Assembly (NCBI RefSeq): GCF_009914755.1
Contig: NC_060942.1
DNA: 64,000 bases
Source of the DNA: the human T2T-CHM13v2.0 reference genome, Homo sapiens
Reading direction: 5' to 3' (one strand)
Made by a program: the position numbers and the translations under genes. Position 1 is the stretch's first letter. Every line of letters starts with the position of its first letter. The notes beneath the pieces were generated by a model that was given only the letters and a program-made list of their open reading frames with translations, did no database searches and was not told the DNA's origin. Below, piece after piece: positions 1 through 13,523 of this stretch.

Positions 1-112
1 AACAACAACAAAAAGGTAGCTTGATTTCCCAAGCTTGCAATCCAATATAGAAAGAAAGAAAATTTCTCCTTGCCTAGTAAAAACCTTTAAGTTCCAACTC
101 ACGGCTAGGATG
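1..112 (-). other. SYT4: Start of SYT4 3'UTR (continues beyond window)
   Basis: Directly downstream of the stop codon on the minus strand. Confidence 0.85.
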
Positions 113-420
113 CTAACCATCACAGAGCACGTGCCACTTGGCAATTTGTCTCCTGGGGTAGTCACAGATCTCTTTCCAGTGCTCTCCACCAGTTCCTTCT
201 GCTGCTGCACCCAAGACTAACTGCCCGATTACCTCATTTCGGGACCCCCTTTCAGAATCCAAAACCAAAAATTCAACACTTATATCTTCAAGGCCCTCAC
301 AAGGAATATCAAAGACAAACAGCTCATTGAACACTGCATTGGGGGTGCATTTCTTCACATGAGTCTTCTTCTTGGAGATTCTCTTTTTGGCATGGTACAG
401 GTTCACTTTGACATAGGGAT
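113..420 (-). CDS. SYT4: Synaptotagmin-4 last coding exon (C2B remainder, DPYVKVNLYHAKKRISKKKT...AKWHVLCDG*)
   Basis: ctgcag|AT acceptor, polybasic KKKT stretch, C-terminal WHxL synaptotagmin motif, TAG at 115-113. Total CDS 34+815+121+308 = 1278 nt = 425 aa. Confidence 0.98.
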
Positions 421-1483
421 CTGCAGTGGAACATAACAGGCATTACAATGGCATAACTGGGCTGGAGAGCTGATATCAAGATAACAGTGCCCTTAGAGAT
501 CATGGCATGCCAATGACATGTGGTTACCAGGAAAATAAGTCAAAACAACAGAAAAATATGGATAAAACTTGGCATTTCTCTTGTCAACAGAATTGAAAAT
601 AAGGAAGAATATGGAAAATAAGAGAAAAAAGTTCTAAATTAGAGAATAAGGGAAAAAATTAATGATAGGAAAAGAAGTAACACAAAAGGAAAGAAAATAG
701 AATGTTCTATGGACCCATTCTGATTACTATTAACTTACTCCAGAGAATAGGATAGAAGGAAAAAAATATATTAGACAACATGTAGCTTTACTGACTTGTA
801 TGACTTTGGGTGAGTCTATTTCCCTGACTTTTGGCTGTGTTTTCCATCGAATGAGGATTTAGAGTCCACAATGGCAATATTCTTTTTAGTTTTAACTTTT
901 ATGAATTTCTTTAGTCACAGGCTGGATTTGCTTTCTGTTTCCTAGTGTTGAGCTTCTCTGTGTCATTGTTAGTATGTAGATTTTAAGTTCATGCTACTTT
1001 ATCACAATTACTTTTGCCTTTTTCTGGTGGCACCATATGAGTTAATTTTAGCTTCACAATCTAATCTTTTAAGACCATGTTTTCAACTCCCATCATTAAA
1101 TAATAATAATATTATTAGATGATATCTGAAGAAGTATGTATTTCTAGTTCTCACAAGGCCCCTCAGGATGAGTAGCATTATGTCCAGTTTGTACAGTTTA
1201 AGAAACATACCCAATCATATTTTGCTAGTGAATGGAAGGGTTAGGATTTGAACTCAGGTAATTTTAAACTGTAGCTTATTTTGTTTCTCATTGTGCTATA
1301 CAACATAAAATTGGCGTTTTGTTTCATTTTTTGTAAAGCTAGTCATAAAACTAAAAGCTAACTTTTATAGCAGATACATAAGGTATTAGAGAAAAGATAG
1401 AAGAGTAAGAGTAGGTGGGCTCATTTGCAGTCAAATACATTCCAATCATACAGTGAATCTGAATATTTCAGAAGCATTCTTAC

Positions 1484-1604
1484 CTGAAAGTCCGGACACA
1501 TCAGATTTAGGCAGATGTCGAGCTTTTAAGACAACCACAGTTAGAGTGTTTGTGGTGGACTGATAGCAGAGAGAGATCAGTAACTCACCCCGTCCTGAAG
1601 ACTT
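1484..1604 (-). CDS. SYT4: Synaptotagmin-4 coding exon 3 (start of C2B: [40 protein letters not shown])
   Basis: Translated by hand (absent from the ORF track). ctgcag|AAG acceptor, CAG|gtaaga donor, 121 nt; phases fit exons 2 and 4. Confidence 0.96.
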
Positions 1605-3351
1605 CTGCAGAAAGAGAAATGTGATATAAGTATTTCTATCTTTTTAACTTTGAAGTGTGTACTTTCATTAAAGTTTAAATAACATCGTCATTTAAATATA
1701 ATCTTACTTATTTTTATTTTAATATTCTAAGGAATTGAAGAGTAACTAAAAGCTTTTGAGCAGTACCATCGCTGCTTGAAAAACCACTGCCTGCCATCTT
1801 GTGGTCTTGTTTGGTACTACAGGAAGTTAAAATTGGCAATAAATTGGCCACACCCATTACTTAGAAATGTTTAAAGGATATTTAAATTATATCCTACACA
1901 GGATTATTTTTGGCTTTTGGTTTTTAATAACATCTCTACTTTTCAAAGTTATTAATAGTAATAAAGCTTATCTAATTCTTTGCATGAGTATGTGTTGGGT
2001 CAAATGACTACACATACTCATGCAAAAAATTAGATAAGTTTGATTTGATTTCAAATTCTTTAGCACCGACATATTGAAATTTGAACTCAGACCCAGTGAG
2101 AATTATTCTGATCCCAACTACATTCCTGGCCCAGAGGGATAATGGAGTTAAAATTCTCTGCCTCTTTCACAACAGCAAGTTTCCATTTAAGCCAAGGAAT
2201 GAATTGATCTTAAGCATTGGAGAGCATTGTTTTTGGACAGTGTCATAGCGTCCTTCTTTGCGTGCTACTTAGATTTCATTTGTACTTTAAAGACAATAGA
2301 TAAGATATACAATAATTCAAAGTAAAAGTTTTGACTGAAAGTAACAATATATTAACTTGGTGTTTGTTTGCAACTGAGAGTGATGGCTGACACAAAACTA
2401 AAACTGCAATATATTTATACAAAAACTAATATGGGACAGCTGTATAAGTAGGCACTCTAAGGAGAATAAGAGTAGAAGAAAGATCCTTATTCCCACTGTA
2501 TCACTTAACCAGCCGGGTGTCTCAAACAAGCTGTGGAATGTATCTGAACCTTGACCGTCATTAATTTCAATAGGAGAGGAGACAGTCAAAATGAGCTCTC
2601 AGGTTTTCAGCTCTGAAACACTATGTTGTTTAAAAAACACAAATTAGTATGTCTATTGATTTTTATAAATCATTGTATTATAGAGAGAAGTTATTCTGAT
2701 ATACCACTGTTGAAATCGAGTTTCAAATTTAAAGTGAAAATGGGGTTAAATTTGTTTCATTGATGTCTTACTATTTTCTAATAAACCCAGAACTACCAGA
2801 GTAGTATAACTACAAAAATAGCGGGACTCATTTCCTACTATACAATTTAGAGATGAGCATTTATAATTGAAAATGACGTGATGCCTCTTCCTTGAAAGGC
2901 AATTCCATGGAAAGTCAATACAATTTCCAAATCTTCAGGAAGAATTGATTTAATTTTAAATTTCAATTTTAAATTCAATTATGTTGACCTTGAAATCTCT
3001 TTGTTAACTTGCTTATGAATAAGAAATATTCACCTGTATTTTAAAGTAGCAGTGTCTGTCAAAATATTTATGATAGAGATTAACAAAAGTATTTATATAG
3101 GTGATATCTAAATATCCATAAAGAATGCCTATTTATTTTACATCATTAAAACACTTTGAGTATTTCAGTTATGGATTAAATTTTATTTCATCTGTTCTAT
3201 TCCCTTGATCTCCATTAGATTATAATTAATAATAATTAAACATGGTAAGGATGATATGTACAAGCTTATCATATTAATAAAAATTCCTTAGACACCAAAA
3301 TGCTACATAAAAGATTGTTTATAAATACTTTAAGCACTGAAAATAAATTAC

Positions 3352-4166
3352 CCTAACATTTCTCTTGATGATCTCTCTATTCATTAACATTTTTCCTTCA
3401 GATAATTCAATTCCCGAGAGAGGAATTAGAACTTCCCCAATGATATCATCTCTTGAAAACCTGTCAAAACTCAAAATTGTGAAGTGCAAGGCCAATTCTT
3501 GGATTTGGGTGTAGGGTATCCCATAGAATGTAAAGGTCTCATCAAAAGCTGGATCCAAGGTTTTTCTCAGCACTCTAGTTTTCACTTTATGCTTCTTCTC
3601 TGGGAGGATCGTCATTTTGATATATGGGTCAGAGGTCATCGACTGCTCATCCATGGCTGGCAAGCCACGGGCTTCCTTGATATTGACCACAAATGCTTTT
3701 CTCTCGAAGTTGTATTCTAAGGAGAAGAAGAGAGTTCCCAGCTTCTCTTGTTTCTCTTCTGAAGTAAGGGAAGTGCTGGACTTTAAACTCTCAGGGGAAA
3801 CTGACTCTTTTTCCCCTTCTAAAAAGAGCTTCGGGGTTGCATTCTCCAGATCAGAAGGACTGCCAGGTTTGAGGTTGGTTTTGGGAAAATTGCCATTGAG
3901 ATCTCTCTTTTCAAGATCCAGATGCAATGAATTCTTTGGCACAGCTGGCTTATTCTTTACTTCATTTTTATCATCTGCTCCAAACTTCTTTTTGCTATTT
4001 AGGTTTTCAGGGTAAATATCAACTCCCTTAAGCACATGCACAAACTTGTATGGAGGAGTCTTGTTAGACTTGGATGATTTTCTCTGACAGCAGATCCATG
4101 CAAAGAGAGAGACTGTGAAGACCAGGCCAAATGCACTGAAGATCCCCACCACTGTGGGGATTTCAT
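3352..4166 (-). CDS. SYT4: Synaptotagmin-4 coding exon 2 (transmembrane segment, linker, C2A domain)
   Basis: Within ORF 3319-4251: TM VVGIFSAFGLVFTVSLFAWICC and C2A LGTLFFSLEYN...SDPYIK...ILSFDRFSRDDIIGEV. Acceptor tttttcag|AT, donor AGG|gtaatt; 815 nt. Confidence 0.98.
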
Positions 4167-7018
4167 CTGAAAAATCAAATGACCAATAATATACATTAAA
4201 GAAGCAGAGCTGGAGATATGAGCCTTTTGAAAAGCCTAATAGAGCTAGCAATTGCTATAGGTTGGATAGATTGAATTACTTTCCAACTGTTCTGGGTATG
4301 AGTTAAGTGTATATTTCACACTAACTTCGGGTACAAATACATCCCCACAGGAAAAACATAAAGTGTGCTAGAAATTCCTTCATTTCAGTGGTTTTTCATT
4401 AATGAAATAAAAAGATGAAAATGGTCCTGAATCAGATATGGGGGAATGCTTAATGACTCTGACCTATCTTTGTTTTCTCAGATAACATGAGACAGCTACA
4501 ATATGATGGATCAGTACTAACTTCATTATTTTTTATTGTCATTTTGAGGCTTTCCAGAGCATCACTTTTTACTGGAATTCTAAGTAGTTCTTTACTCAGA
4601 ATTCAAGCAGCAAACATTTAGGGACTCAGTGGTTCACTCAATTGTAGGAAATTGATTGTGAAATGATATTTGCCATTGCCACAAACTCATTAATAATTTT
4701 CATCCCAATTATGGAACAGTGGTAAAAGAAATATACATATATTAGAGAAAGTAAAACAAAAACAGAAGAGCAACAAGGTACCGATATTTTGTAACTTATA
4801 ACACTATCATCCCTTTGTATGACAATCCCAAATTTCTCAGTCAAACACTGAATTATACAAAGTATAAATTAATTAAACTTAAATAAGATAAAAACAGAAC
4901 AATGGTTATAAGTGAATCAGCATTCTTTAACATGTAATGAGAACAGTGAGATTTAGAGTTCAATTTTATCTATAACTGTCTCTTCCTCTAGCACATGGCA
5001 TGGCAAATGATAATCAAACTGAAATTGTCATTATTTTCTTGAATGATGGCACATTAAATTACTGACATTAGGTAATATCAATTATGCATAAGGCTTATCC
5101 TATTTTATATGTAAGCATCTTTCTTGAACAAATGGTTAGTAACACTATGGAAGTAAAAGCAGTATTACTACATCTATACATAGTGAATCCATAGAGTCAA
5201 TGCTTAATATCATCAAAGTGAAAATAACTAATGTAATATTATATACATTTAGTTCCATTGCAATATGCTTTTATCCTGAATAGTAAATAATAAAGTTATA
5301 AGTTCCAGCCCAGAAAGGGTTAAAACTTTTCTAAATAACCACAAGAAATCCAGTCTTTTGTTACTTCCCTTCCCCATCCCCCCAAATCTTCTGCCAATCT
5401 ACTTCACAATTATAAAACTGAACTCAGAGAATGTAAGGTTAAGAAAAGACAAATGAAATAGAAGATAAAAAGGCCAATAAAATCGCAATAAAAATCCTGT
5501 ATTTTAATGTACAGAAACTGAATCATGTAAAGATGAAATAAACCTTTGACTTCTCCAGGTGGAAAAAAGAAACAGTGACTACTACAGTATAAAGCAAGAG
5601 CTAAAGATAATCAGCTAAACTTGGTATCAGCTTTTCAGTTTTTCCTTCTATTCAAGTCTTTGTGAAAAAAAATGCACCCACATTCCTGGACCATAATAAC
5701 CCAAGGCCAGGGAGCAAAAGCAAAGTCATGAACTGAGAGAGTTCTTTAGCCAATGTAAAAACAATAAAAACAGTAGAAAATCATTTTTTAAAAGTAGACT
5801 GATAGTCCATGCTAGAACATATTTTCACTGGCACAGTCTCTAAAAATTCCTCCATATTAGAAAATCATTCAGGTTTCAAATGAAGAATTGGGAATAAATG
5901 TCATACCAAAATAAACCCAATAACCCAAATGGAAGGCTGGGAAAGAAATTCATTTATGAACATAATATCACAAATTGTCCCTATTGAATAGTTATGTCAA
6001 ATGGCAAACATTTTCTATAACGTGGAAACACTTATCTACTCCCTATGTATTCTCTACTGATAAGGTCTTACAATCTTGAAAGTCAAGATCATAGTTATTT
6101 TACTCAGCTTAATAACAATTATCACACATCTGTAGATATCACTCCTCTTCACAACCTTCTATGAAATTTCATGATTTAAAAAATACGTGTAAGTAAAATT
6201 CTGACCTTTTTCCTTTGGAATATACTGAGATCTAAAAATAGTACTTTTTTACTCTATGAAGTACGTCTAATTTTATGTACTGAAACCAAAAACTTGGTGT
6301 GAGAAAAGGAAAACTGAACGGGAAAATTGGAGCCCTAATTCAAGTTTCCAGCAGCTTTTAGCTAATTGTGCAACCTATAATACTTCCCTCATCTCTCTGG
6401 GCTTTGGTTAGCTCAGCAGTGAAATGAAATGGGCTGAGCCAGTTCATTTTGAAACTCTCTTTAACCCTGCTACCATATGATTCTGTCTTTCACTAGCAAC
6501 ATATTTCAAGGATACAAGAAAAACATAGCAGAGAAAAACACCCATATGGTACGCCCTGTAATAAAATATACATTGCCAAACCCCAATAGACAAGTTGCTT
6601 TTTTTAACCAAGATCAAACCCCAATGTAACCAGAGATATATTTATCTTCTCCTAATAAAATATAGATTTACCTACAAATAAGAATCACCTACAAAATAGA
6701 TGAAACCAACATGGGAAAAACAGACCCCTTTTTCTTTACTCAGTACATGCTGCAATTTACAGAAGTACCTGAAAATTTAAGAACTTCCTGAAGGTAAATT
6801 CTCCCTAACAGAAGACAGTTTCAGGGAGAGAGATACCAAGGAAGGGAGAGAAGCTGCAGAAATAAGCCACAATTGCCTGACTGCCATTCTCATTTTCCTT
6901 TTAAATTAACTACCTAGGAAATCTGTATTCAACAACCGGGCAAAAAATAAATGAATAAACAGTCCACCCCAGAGTATTCAAGGAATAACCGCAGTCATAA
7001 GTTCAGTAACTTGCTTAC

Positions 7019-7052
7019 CAAATTCTTCCCGGCTGGTGGTGATCGGAGCCAT
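7019..7052 (-). CDS. SYT4: Synaptotagmin-4 coding exon 1 (MAPITTSREEF + G)
   Basis: Minus strand reads AAAAAA-ATG-GCT-CCG-ATC-ACC-ACC-AGC-CGG-GAA-GAA-TTT-G|gtaagc. Strong Kozak context (A at -3, G at +4), 34 nt, phase 1; joins exon 2 in frame to give ...EEFDEIPTVVG. Confidence 0.97.
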
Positions 7053-7063
7053 TTTTTACTGCG

Positions 7064-7084
7064 TGTTCTGTCCGAGGTGCTGAA
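7064..7084 (-). promoter_or_regulatory. RE1/NRSE (REST binding site) in the SYT4 5'UTR
   Basis: Minus strand TTCAGCACCTCGGACAGAACA vs consensus TTCAGCACCACGGACAGCGCC; both half-sites intact with canonical spacing. Confidence 0.92.
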
Positions 7085-7284
7085 GGGAAAACTGCCTGGC
7101 TGGATTCACTTGCCTGGATCTCAAGCGCCGGCTTTCGGAGCGCTGAAAACAACAGCGCAGAGCCCAGGGCACCAGCTCCTGGAACAGGGAGGAGGCAAAG
7201 AGGGAGGTCCACTCGCCCTCGCACAGTGATTTGCCACCTCGGTTCCTGTTTTGGCTCTTCTGAGAAGCTCGTCTCCGAGACTCC

Positions 7285-7321
7285 AGACGTGGCTGGAACC
7301 CGAATTGACGCAATCCTGACG
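7285..7321. promoter_or_regulatory. Cluster of CRE/ATF-like sites
   Basis: TGACGCAA at 7306-7313, TGACG at 7317-7321, AGACGTGG at 7285-7292; fits the known cAMP/depolarisation inducibility of Syt4. Confidence 0.6.
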
Positions 7322-9338
7322 CTACAGGGCTGAAATCAGCACCTGCCCCCCTCCCCTCCTCCCTTCAAGCTTTCCTTCTTGCTTCCTCCCTCCTCTCTTG
7401 AGGATTCAACACATGCTCATCAATTATTTTAACTGTTGGACCACTAGAGATTAGCTTTGCTGTTTTGTGGGGGCTCAGAGGCTCACCGAGATAAGCCCCG
7501 AAACTGATCCCTGTCAGTTCCTAATATAAAATCTCCTGATCACCTAGATGAATAAAAATATGTTTCTGAGTTTTCAGAATAACGTAACTTACAGAGGAGA
7601 AGTTTCTGCTTCAAATTACTCTTTTTAACATGCAAAAACATGTTTTCTTGCTTTTTAATTTTTTTCTTTGACATGTTATACCTATGATACTTATTACATT
7701 TAGAAAAGATTCACTACAAATTGATGCATTTGATATAAGATAGTTTTCCCAGTATAATCCTTTATGTTCTAATAAATTATTAGTCTAAATATTTTGCTGG
7801 AACAGTTGATCTTTCCTGGTCTCTCAGCTCTCTTCCCTTTAATATCTGACATTTGACCAGTTAAAGCACTTAGGAACAGATGGGGATAATTCCTTGGATA
7901 TTCAGAGTCACTCTCAGTTATGACTTTTGCAAATAATAAGGCGCTTCTGAAATGACATTTATGGTTAAAAGGCCTGACTTCTAGTACGTTTGTACAAAAT
8001 AGTTTCCAAAATCAGGCCAACATCTAAAGTAACATTGGTAACATTGGTTATTTCAAAGGAAAGCATTCCTTTTTCTAAACTGATGATATTCTCGGAGGTG
8101 AAAAACTGTGAAAAATATGGTGTCGGATTCTGATTCATTGGAATCTGAAGAGTGTGCCTTTCTAAAACAAATGCTTAGCAATTTTTCAAAGGAAAGAAGT
8201 CAAGCTGTAACTCCAACTGTCAATTATTGCTCTGCAAAGAATTTCTTTGCTCTGGAGTTAATAAGGAAATGGCATTCAGTGTGTGCTGGGATGTGGGAGA
8301 AGGGATACAGGGTGAGTCTCAGAAAGCTACTGTGCAAGTGACAGGTCCCTGCACATTGGCTAGCAGCAGCCCAGAGCATCAGGGCTCTGTCTGGGGAGAA
8401 ATTGGCTTCAGTTCTTTGCATCATGGAAAATTTTATAAACCAGTCTTTTTTCTTTGCTATTCTATTTGCTCCCACATACTTGGCATTGGAGTGTTCCTCT
8501 AACAGATTTTTTTAAACTTTATATCTTCATGCTTTGAAAACACACAAACTAATTTGCTGTATTTAATTTTTCTGCTGGCAGAGTCTGTGGTTGTGTCTTT
8601 ATCATTTCACTTTATTCAGATTACCTATTTCCTTAATTATGCATGCATGCACCCTGTAGGGTTGTCCCTAGAAACAAATATCCATTAGGTTAAAGAATAA
8701 GTGGCATTTATTTGTGATGCATATCATAGGTGGACCAAATACATGGTGTGATGTTTACTAAAGTATATATTTTCTAGCTAAGTTATTGCTAACATATGTT
8801 TAAGCTCATTTGTTGTAAACATAAATACCTTATGTGTTTGTTCTATAAATTAGTATCTCATTAATTTTACCTTCAGATGGTATAATGTTGTTATCTGTAA
8901 ACTGTACAGATTGTTTAAACTCTATTTCTACGGAACCCACCCCATCCTTTGCTGTCTGACATCTGAGGAAACATCGTGATATGATTACCTCTTGCCCAGA
9001 GCTAATGCTATTGTGGACTAAGTAACTATTTCATTGCTTGCTTTATAAGCAAACTGAAAAGAACTGTTATTAATTAAAATGCCTGAAGTTTCCCTCATTT
9101 TCATTTGATGAATAACATTTTAGGTATTATTCAATCTCTTTAGACAAGCTTCTAGCAACACCAGATGAGGAGTGGGCAGTAGACAGACCCCACACAGAGA
9201 AAAACCTGTACGTTTTTATGATTGAGATTCACACCCTACCACATTACTGAATTATTCTTTTTAGATCCATCAAACAAGTAACCAATTTACTGACGTGCAA
9301 AATACCGCTCTAGCAGGGGAGACTTGGGAGGAGGAGTT

Positions 9339-9351
9339 GTTGCTAGGTAAC
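9339..9351. promoter_or_regulatory. RFX X-box motif
   Basis: GTTGCTAGGTAAC (reverse GTTACCTAGCAAC), an imperfect-palindrome RFX site in non-repeat DNA. Confidence 0.55.
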
Positions 9352-11459
9352 CACTTTTTCACCACCCAAAACACACAGCCTCAAACAAGTTCTTGCTTTG
9401 GCAAACACAGACCATTCTGTGCAGGCGGCAGTATTTACTTCAGAATGATTTTTTCACTGTTAAAATGGTTCAACTTTCACATTACTTTCTTTTCCAATTG
9501 CAAATGTCTATACATAATTTGAGAAACAATTAATAGAACACTTGAATTTAGTTTTAAGAAATTCAGTTTAATCTGAAAGCTATTGATGACTAATTATATG
9601 TTTTTATTCTATTTTATAACGTAATTAAATTTAGTATATATTTTGATTTTTAAATTATTGTTTATGTTATTTATTAATTGTATAGTTCAGTCTATATTTT
9701 CTCTTTTCTTTGAAAAATATTATTGGTGAAAGTATTTAGAACCTCATGCTAAGAAAAATATAATTTCAAAAAGTTTTGAAAATGTTGCCATGATCTTCAG
9801 TAATCTTTAGTAATACCTACATTAGTAATAAAATATCACTTTACTAAAATATCATTTTACCTACTGGTATGTGGGTGGAGTAGACTGAAGTATCTGATGA
9901 TGGGAAATGGATAATTGTTTCAATGTTCCATATTATTATATTATGAATGCTGACAATAATGCTAATGGAATAGATTTATATTACAAACACACCCAAGTAA
10001 AAATCTTGCAAGACAAATCCCTCTTCATTTGGTATCACAGAAATCCCTTTACTACATTTGTTTTTCTTCAACATATTCAGCATTTACTATGTGCATTTAA
10101 TAGTTCATATATGACAGTGAAACCAAACCACCAAATAAATAAGTAAAGCTTATATTCTTCTTTTCTTTATTTTCTTTCAACACATATTAAACATGTATCA
10201 CTAGATTTTTACTAAGTGAGTGATTTATATTTGTCAAAATGAGAAAAAATGATCTTTTTCTTCATGGAGCTTACAGACTATACAAGAAGTTGACAGCTTT
10301 TTTCTCTAGAACTAGACAAAGAAACTTATGAGATCATCGTTACATACATATTTATTTTGCCTTGTTCTTTCTACAAACTCCGGTCAGCACTATTCTACAG
10401 CCATCACACCTATCTTATTCAGTCTCTTCTTATTGACCTTTTCCCCCTCACTATGGATCCATTATGATTCTTACACAGATTGCATTTTTTCTTTCCCTGT
10501 ATCTCTCTATAAATTCTTTATCCTTTAAGAATCAGTTGAAGTTTCATTTGTACTATGAAGTTTCTGACTTATCAGCACTCATGGATTTCTTCTGATTTAA
10601 ATTCTTACAACACTATCTCTAGTGAAGTCTTTTAAGCCAGCTTGACATATCCTTGATCTACATACCAACAATCCCAAAAAGATAAACCAAAGGCCTTCAC
10701 TAATGCTAACCCCAAATATTCCACAAGATTCTTAATTTTTTATCTTCTCTGCACTAATTTATTTTTAGGACTTCTATCTCCATTTTATTTTTACTTTTTA
10801 GGCCTGCCTTCACACTGCGGCCTTTGAATACACTTCTCAAATTCCTAAGTCTTGATATCTCAACAATAATTTGATCTAGAGCCATCCTAGAAGATTTTTC
10901 TCTTTCAGTTCATCTTGAATGTATTTCTTGCTAGCTCCTCTACCTCCTTTTCCAATCTATTCCTAAGTGAGACCTCTCTTAGCCTTCCATTATCACTAAA
11001 AAACTGGGATTGGGCAGAGCAGAAGTATACTAAATTATTCATTTCAGGTAATGGAGATGTAAAAAATGTTTTATTATTAGACAATATTTATTTTGAAAAT
11101 ATAAAGATAAACACTGGTAAAACTGGCATGGATTAAAGCTCAAAAATTACTGGATTATATATAGTCTTACATAAAATAGACAGATATTAAAAAAACAGGA
11201 AGCAAGAGTAAGGTTAAAATGAATCATAAAAATGATACAAAAGAAAAACAAGCAGATAAATTGAGCAAAATCTAATCATCTAAGTAAGCATGGAAGATTG
11301 ACAAATTCCAAGGTAAAAGATCTTACACTGAGTTAAAAAATAAAGTTTAACCATATGCTGCTCATAGTAAAAATACTTAAATAACAGAATGCACAATGAT
11401 TTATTAAACATAGAGAAATGTAAAGGATTAAGTTAAAAAGTCAAGAATAAAACTTGCTA

Positions 11460-11792
<333 letters not shown>

Positions 11793-13214
11793 TCAACAAT
11801 AAAACATCAAAAGAAATAAGATATACAGTTTTACTATGTGAAAGTATATACTGACAATAAAAAGGCAACCGTTTTTAAGGCTTATGCTCCAAATAGCTTA
11901 CCATCAAATGCGTAAAGCAAAATTGTGAAAAATATTGATGAGAAATATACAGCAACATAACTGTTAATTGTAGACATTATTACTTCTTCCAACCACTTAC
12001 AGACTATTTTAATTCCAGGCTTGGGCCTTTTATCTGGGATGACAAAGTCTTAATGTCATTCTGTAAAAATTCAAACTGTAAAATTCAAATTGTTTTCAAG
12101 GCATGAAAACTCTTAGAGAACAGAGATATTTCCTCAAATATTTATTAAACGATTACTAGGAATTCTAAGAAAAGTGAGAAGATATTAAAATATATGATAT
12201 TTTATTAAAAGAAATGGACTTAAAAATCAAGAAACTATAATCTTCAATGATTATGTAGTAGAACACCATTGAAAGAAGTATAGATATATATGTGTGTGTG
12301 TGCGTGTGTGTGTATGTATCCAACAAACCAACAAACCAACAATCTCCTCACTAGCACATATAAATAACAGAGAAACTTTTACACAGGGCCAGGAGGGTCC
12401 ATGGTCTGTAATATACATGGCAGCATTCTGATAGCTGGAAGTGGAAGGCAACCTATAAATGCCCGTTGCAACACGAATGATTAAATTGAGTTAGGATTCT
12501 GTAATTCTGAAGTTAAAAGCAACCGACTATATCTATATCTACATCTGTTTCTGTATCTATATCTATCTATATCTAAAATACATACATATTCCAACACACT
12601 TATATCTTATAAAATATTATGTTAGAGTATTAGAGTTATAGGAAAACACCACTTACGTTATAGTGGATTTTATTTATGTCAGACCTTCCAAAAATAATTA
12701 GAAAGCCATATGAAATGTGTTTGAAAAAGTTTGTATTACAGCATTTATGAATTGATGAGACAACTAAAGATTCTAGGGCCAAGATACAAGGGAAACTATA
12801 GAGAGGTGAACTGACAGTTTGCAAGTCACTTTTCCTCTCAGGAAATTATCTGATTCTTAAAAGAAAATTTAAAAAAACTGAGAAATCAGGAAAAGAAACA
12901 GAGCTAAAAAATAGAAATGCAAGCAGATATTTTACCGATCTCACAGGACTGAAGAAGCAATAATTAGAGTTAGGGAATGCCTAGAAAGCTAGGAAAGAAG
13001 GAGCTGGAATCCTCAAAAGGAAGAAGATACAGAAATTGTCACTGCCCTGAGTGATTTTTAGACTCCAGACATTTGCTCAATATTTCAACTTTCAGGTGAG
13101 AGGTTTAGAAGCTAAGCAGAAAGCCACTGAGAAACAAAATGATGGCTTCAGCTGCCTCATGGTGCTGAGGATATAAAATGTATGCCGTATTATCCATCAA
13201 TGAAAAGAACTCTT

Positions 13215-13490
13215 GGCCGGGCGCGGTGGCTCACGCCTGTAATCCCAACACTTTCGGACGTCGAGGCGGACAGATCACGAAGTTGAGAGACCGAGACCAT
13301 CCTGGCCAACATGGTGAAACCCCGTATCTATTAAAAATACAAAATTAGCTGGACATGGTGGCACGCTCCTGTAGTGCCAGTTACTCAGGTGGCTAAGGCA
13401 GCAGAATCGCTTGAACCCAGGAGGCGGAGGTTGGCAGTGAGCCGAGATCACACCACTGCACTCCACCCTGGTGACAGAGTGAGACTACAT

Positions 13491-13521
<31 letters not shown>
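13215..13521 (+). mobile_element. AluSc-like element
   Basis: ggccgggcgcggtggctcacgcc start; gatcacga...gagaccatcctggccaacatgg; ~30-nt poly(A); TSD aagaa(c/t)tctt on both sides. Confidence 0.92.

Positions 13522-13523
<2 letters not shown>

Larger units (their letters stand above)
7053..7400 (-). promoter_or_regulatory. SYT4: SYT4 5'UTR and proximal promoter (locally GC/CpG-rich; exact TSS not determinable)
   Basis: The only CpG-enriched non-repeat patch in the window, immediately upstream of the ATG. No upstream ATG in 7053-7300 on the minus strand and no clear TATA box. Confidence 0.75.

Noticed and set aside
3484-4015. Plus-strand ORFs of 78 and 132 aa
   Set aside because: Antisense shadows of SYT4 exon 2 with no independent evidence.
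4167-4251. N-terminal part of the 310-aa ORF (MLALLGFSKG...)
   Set aside because: Intronic read-through upstream of the exon 2 acceptor with a non-ATG start; the true N-terminus comes from exon 1.
6951-7313. Short ORFs over the promoter/exon 1, considered as uORFs
   Set aside because: The minus-strand ones start at GTG/TTG and there is no upstream ATG; GC-rich DNA explains the open frames.
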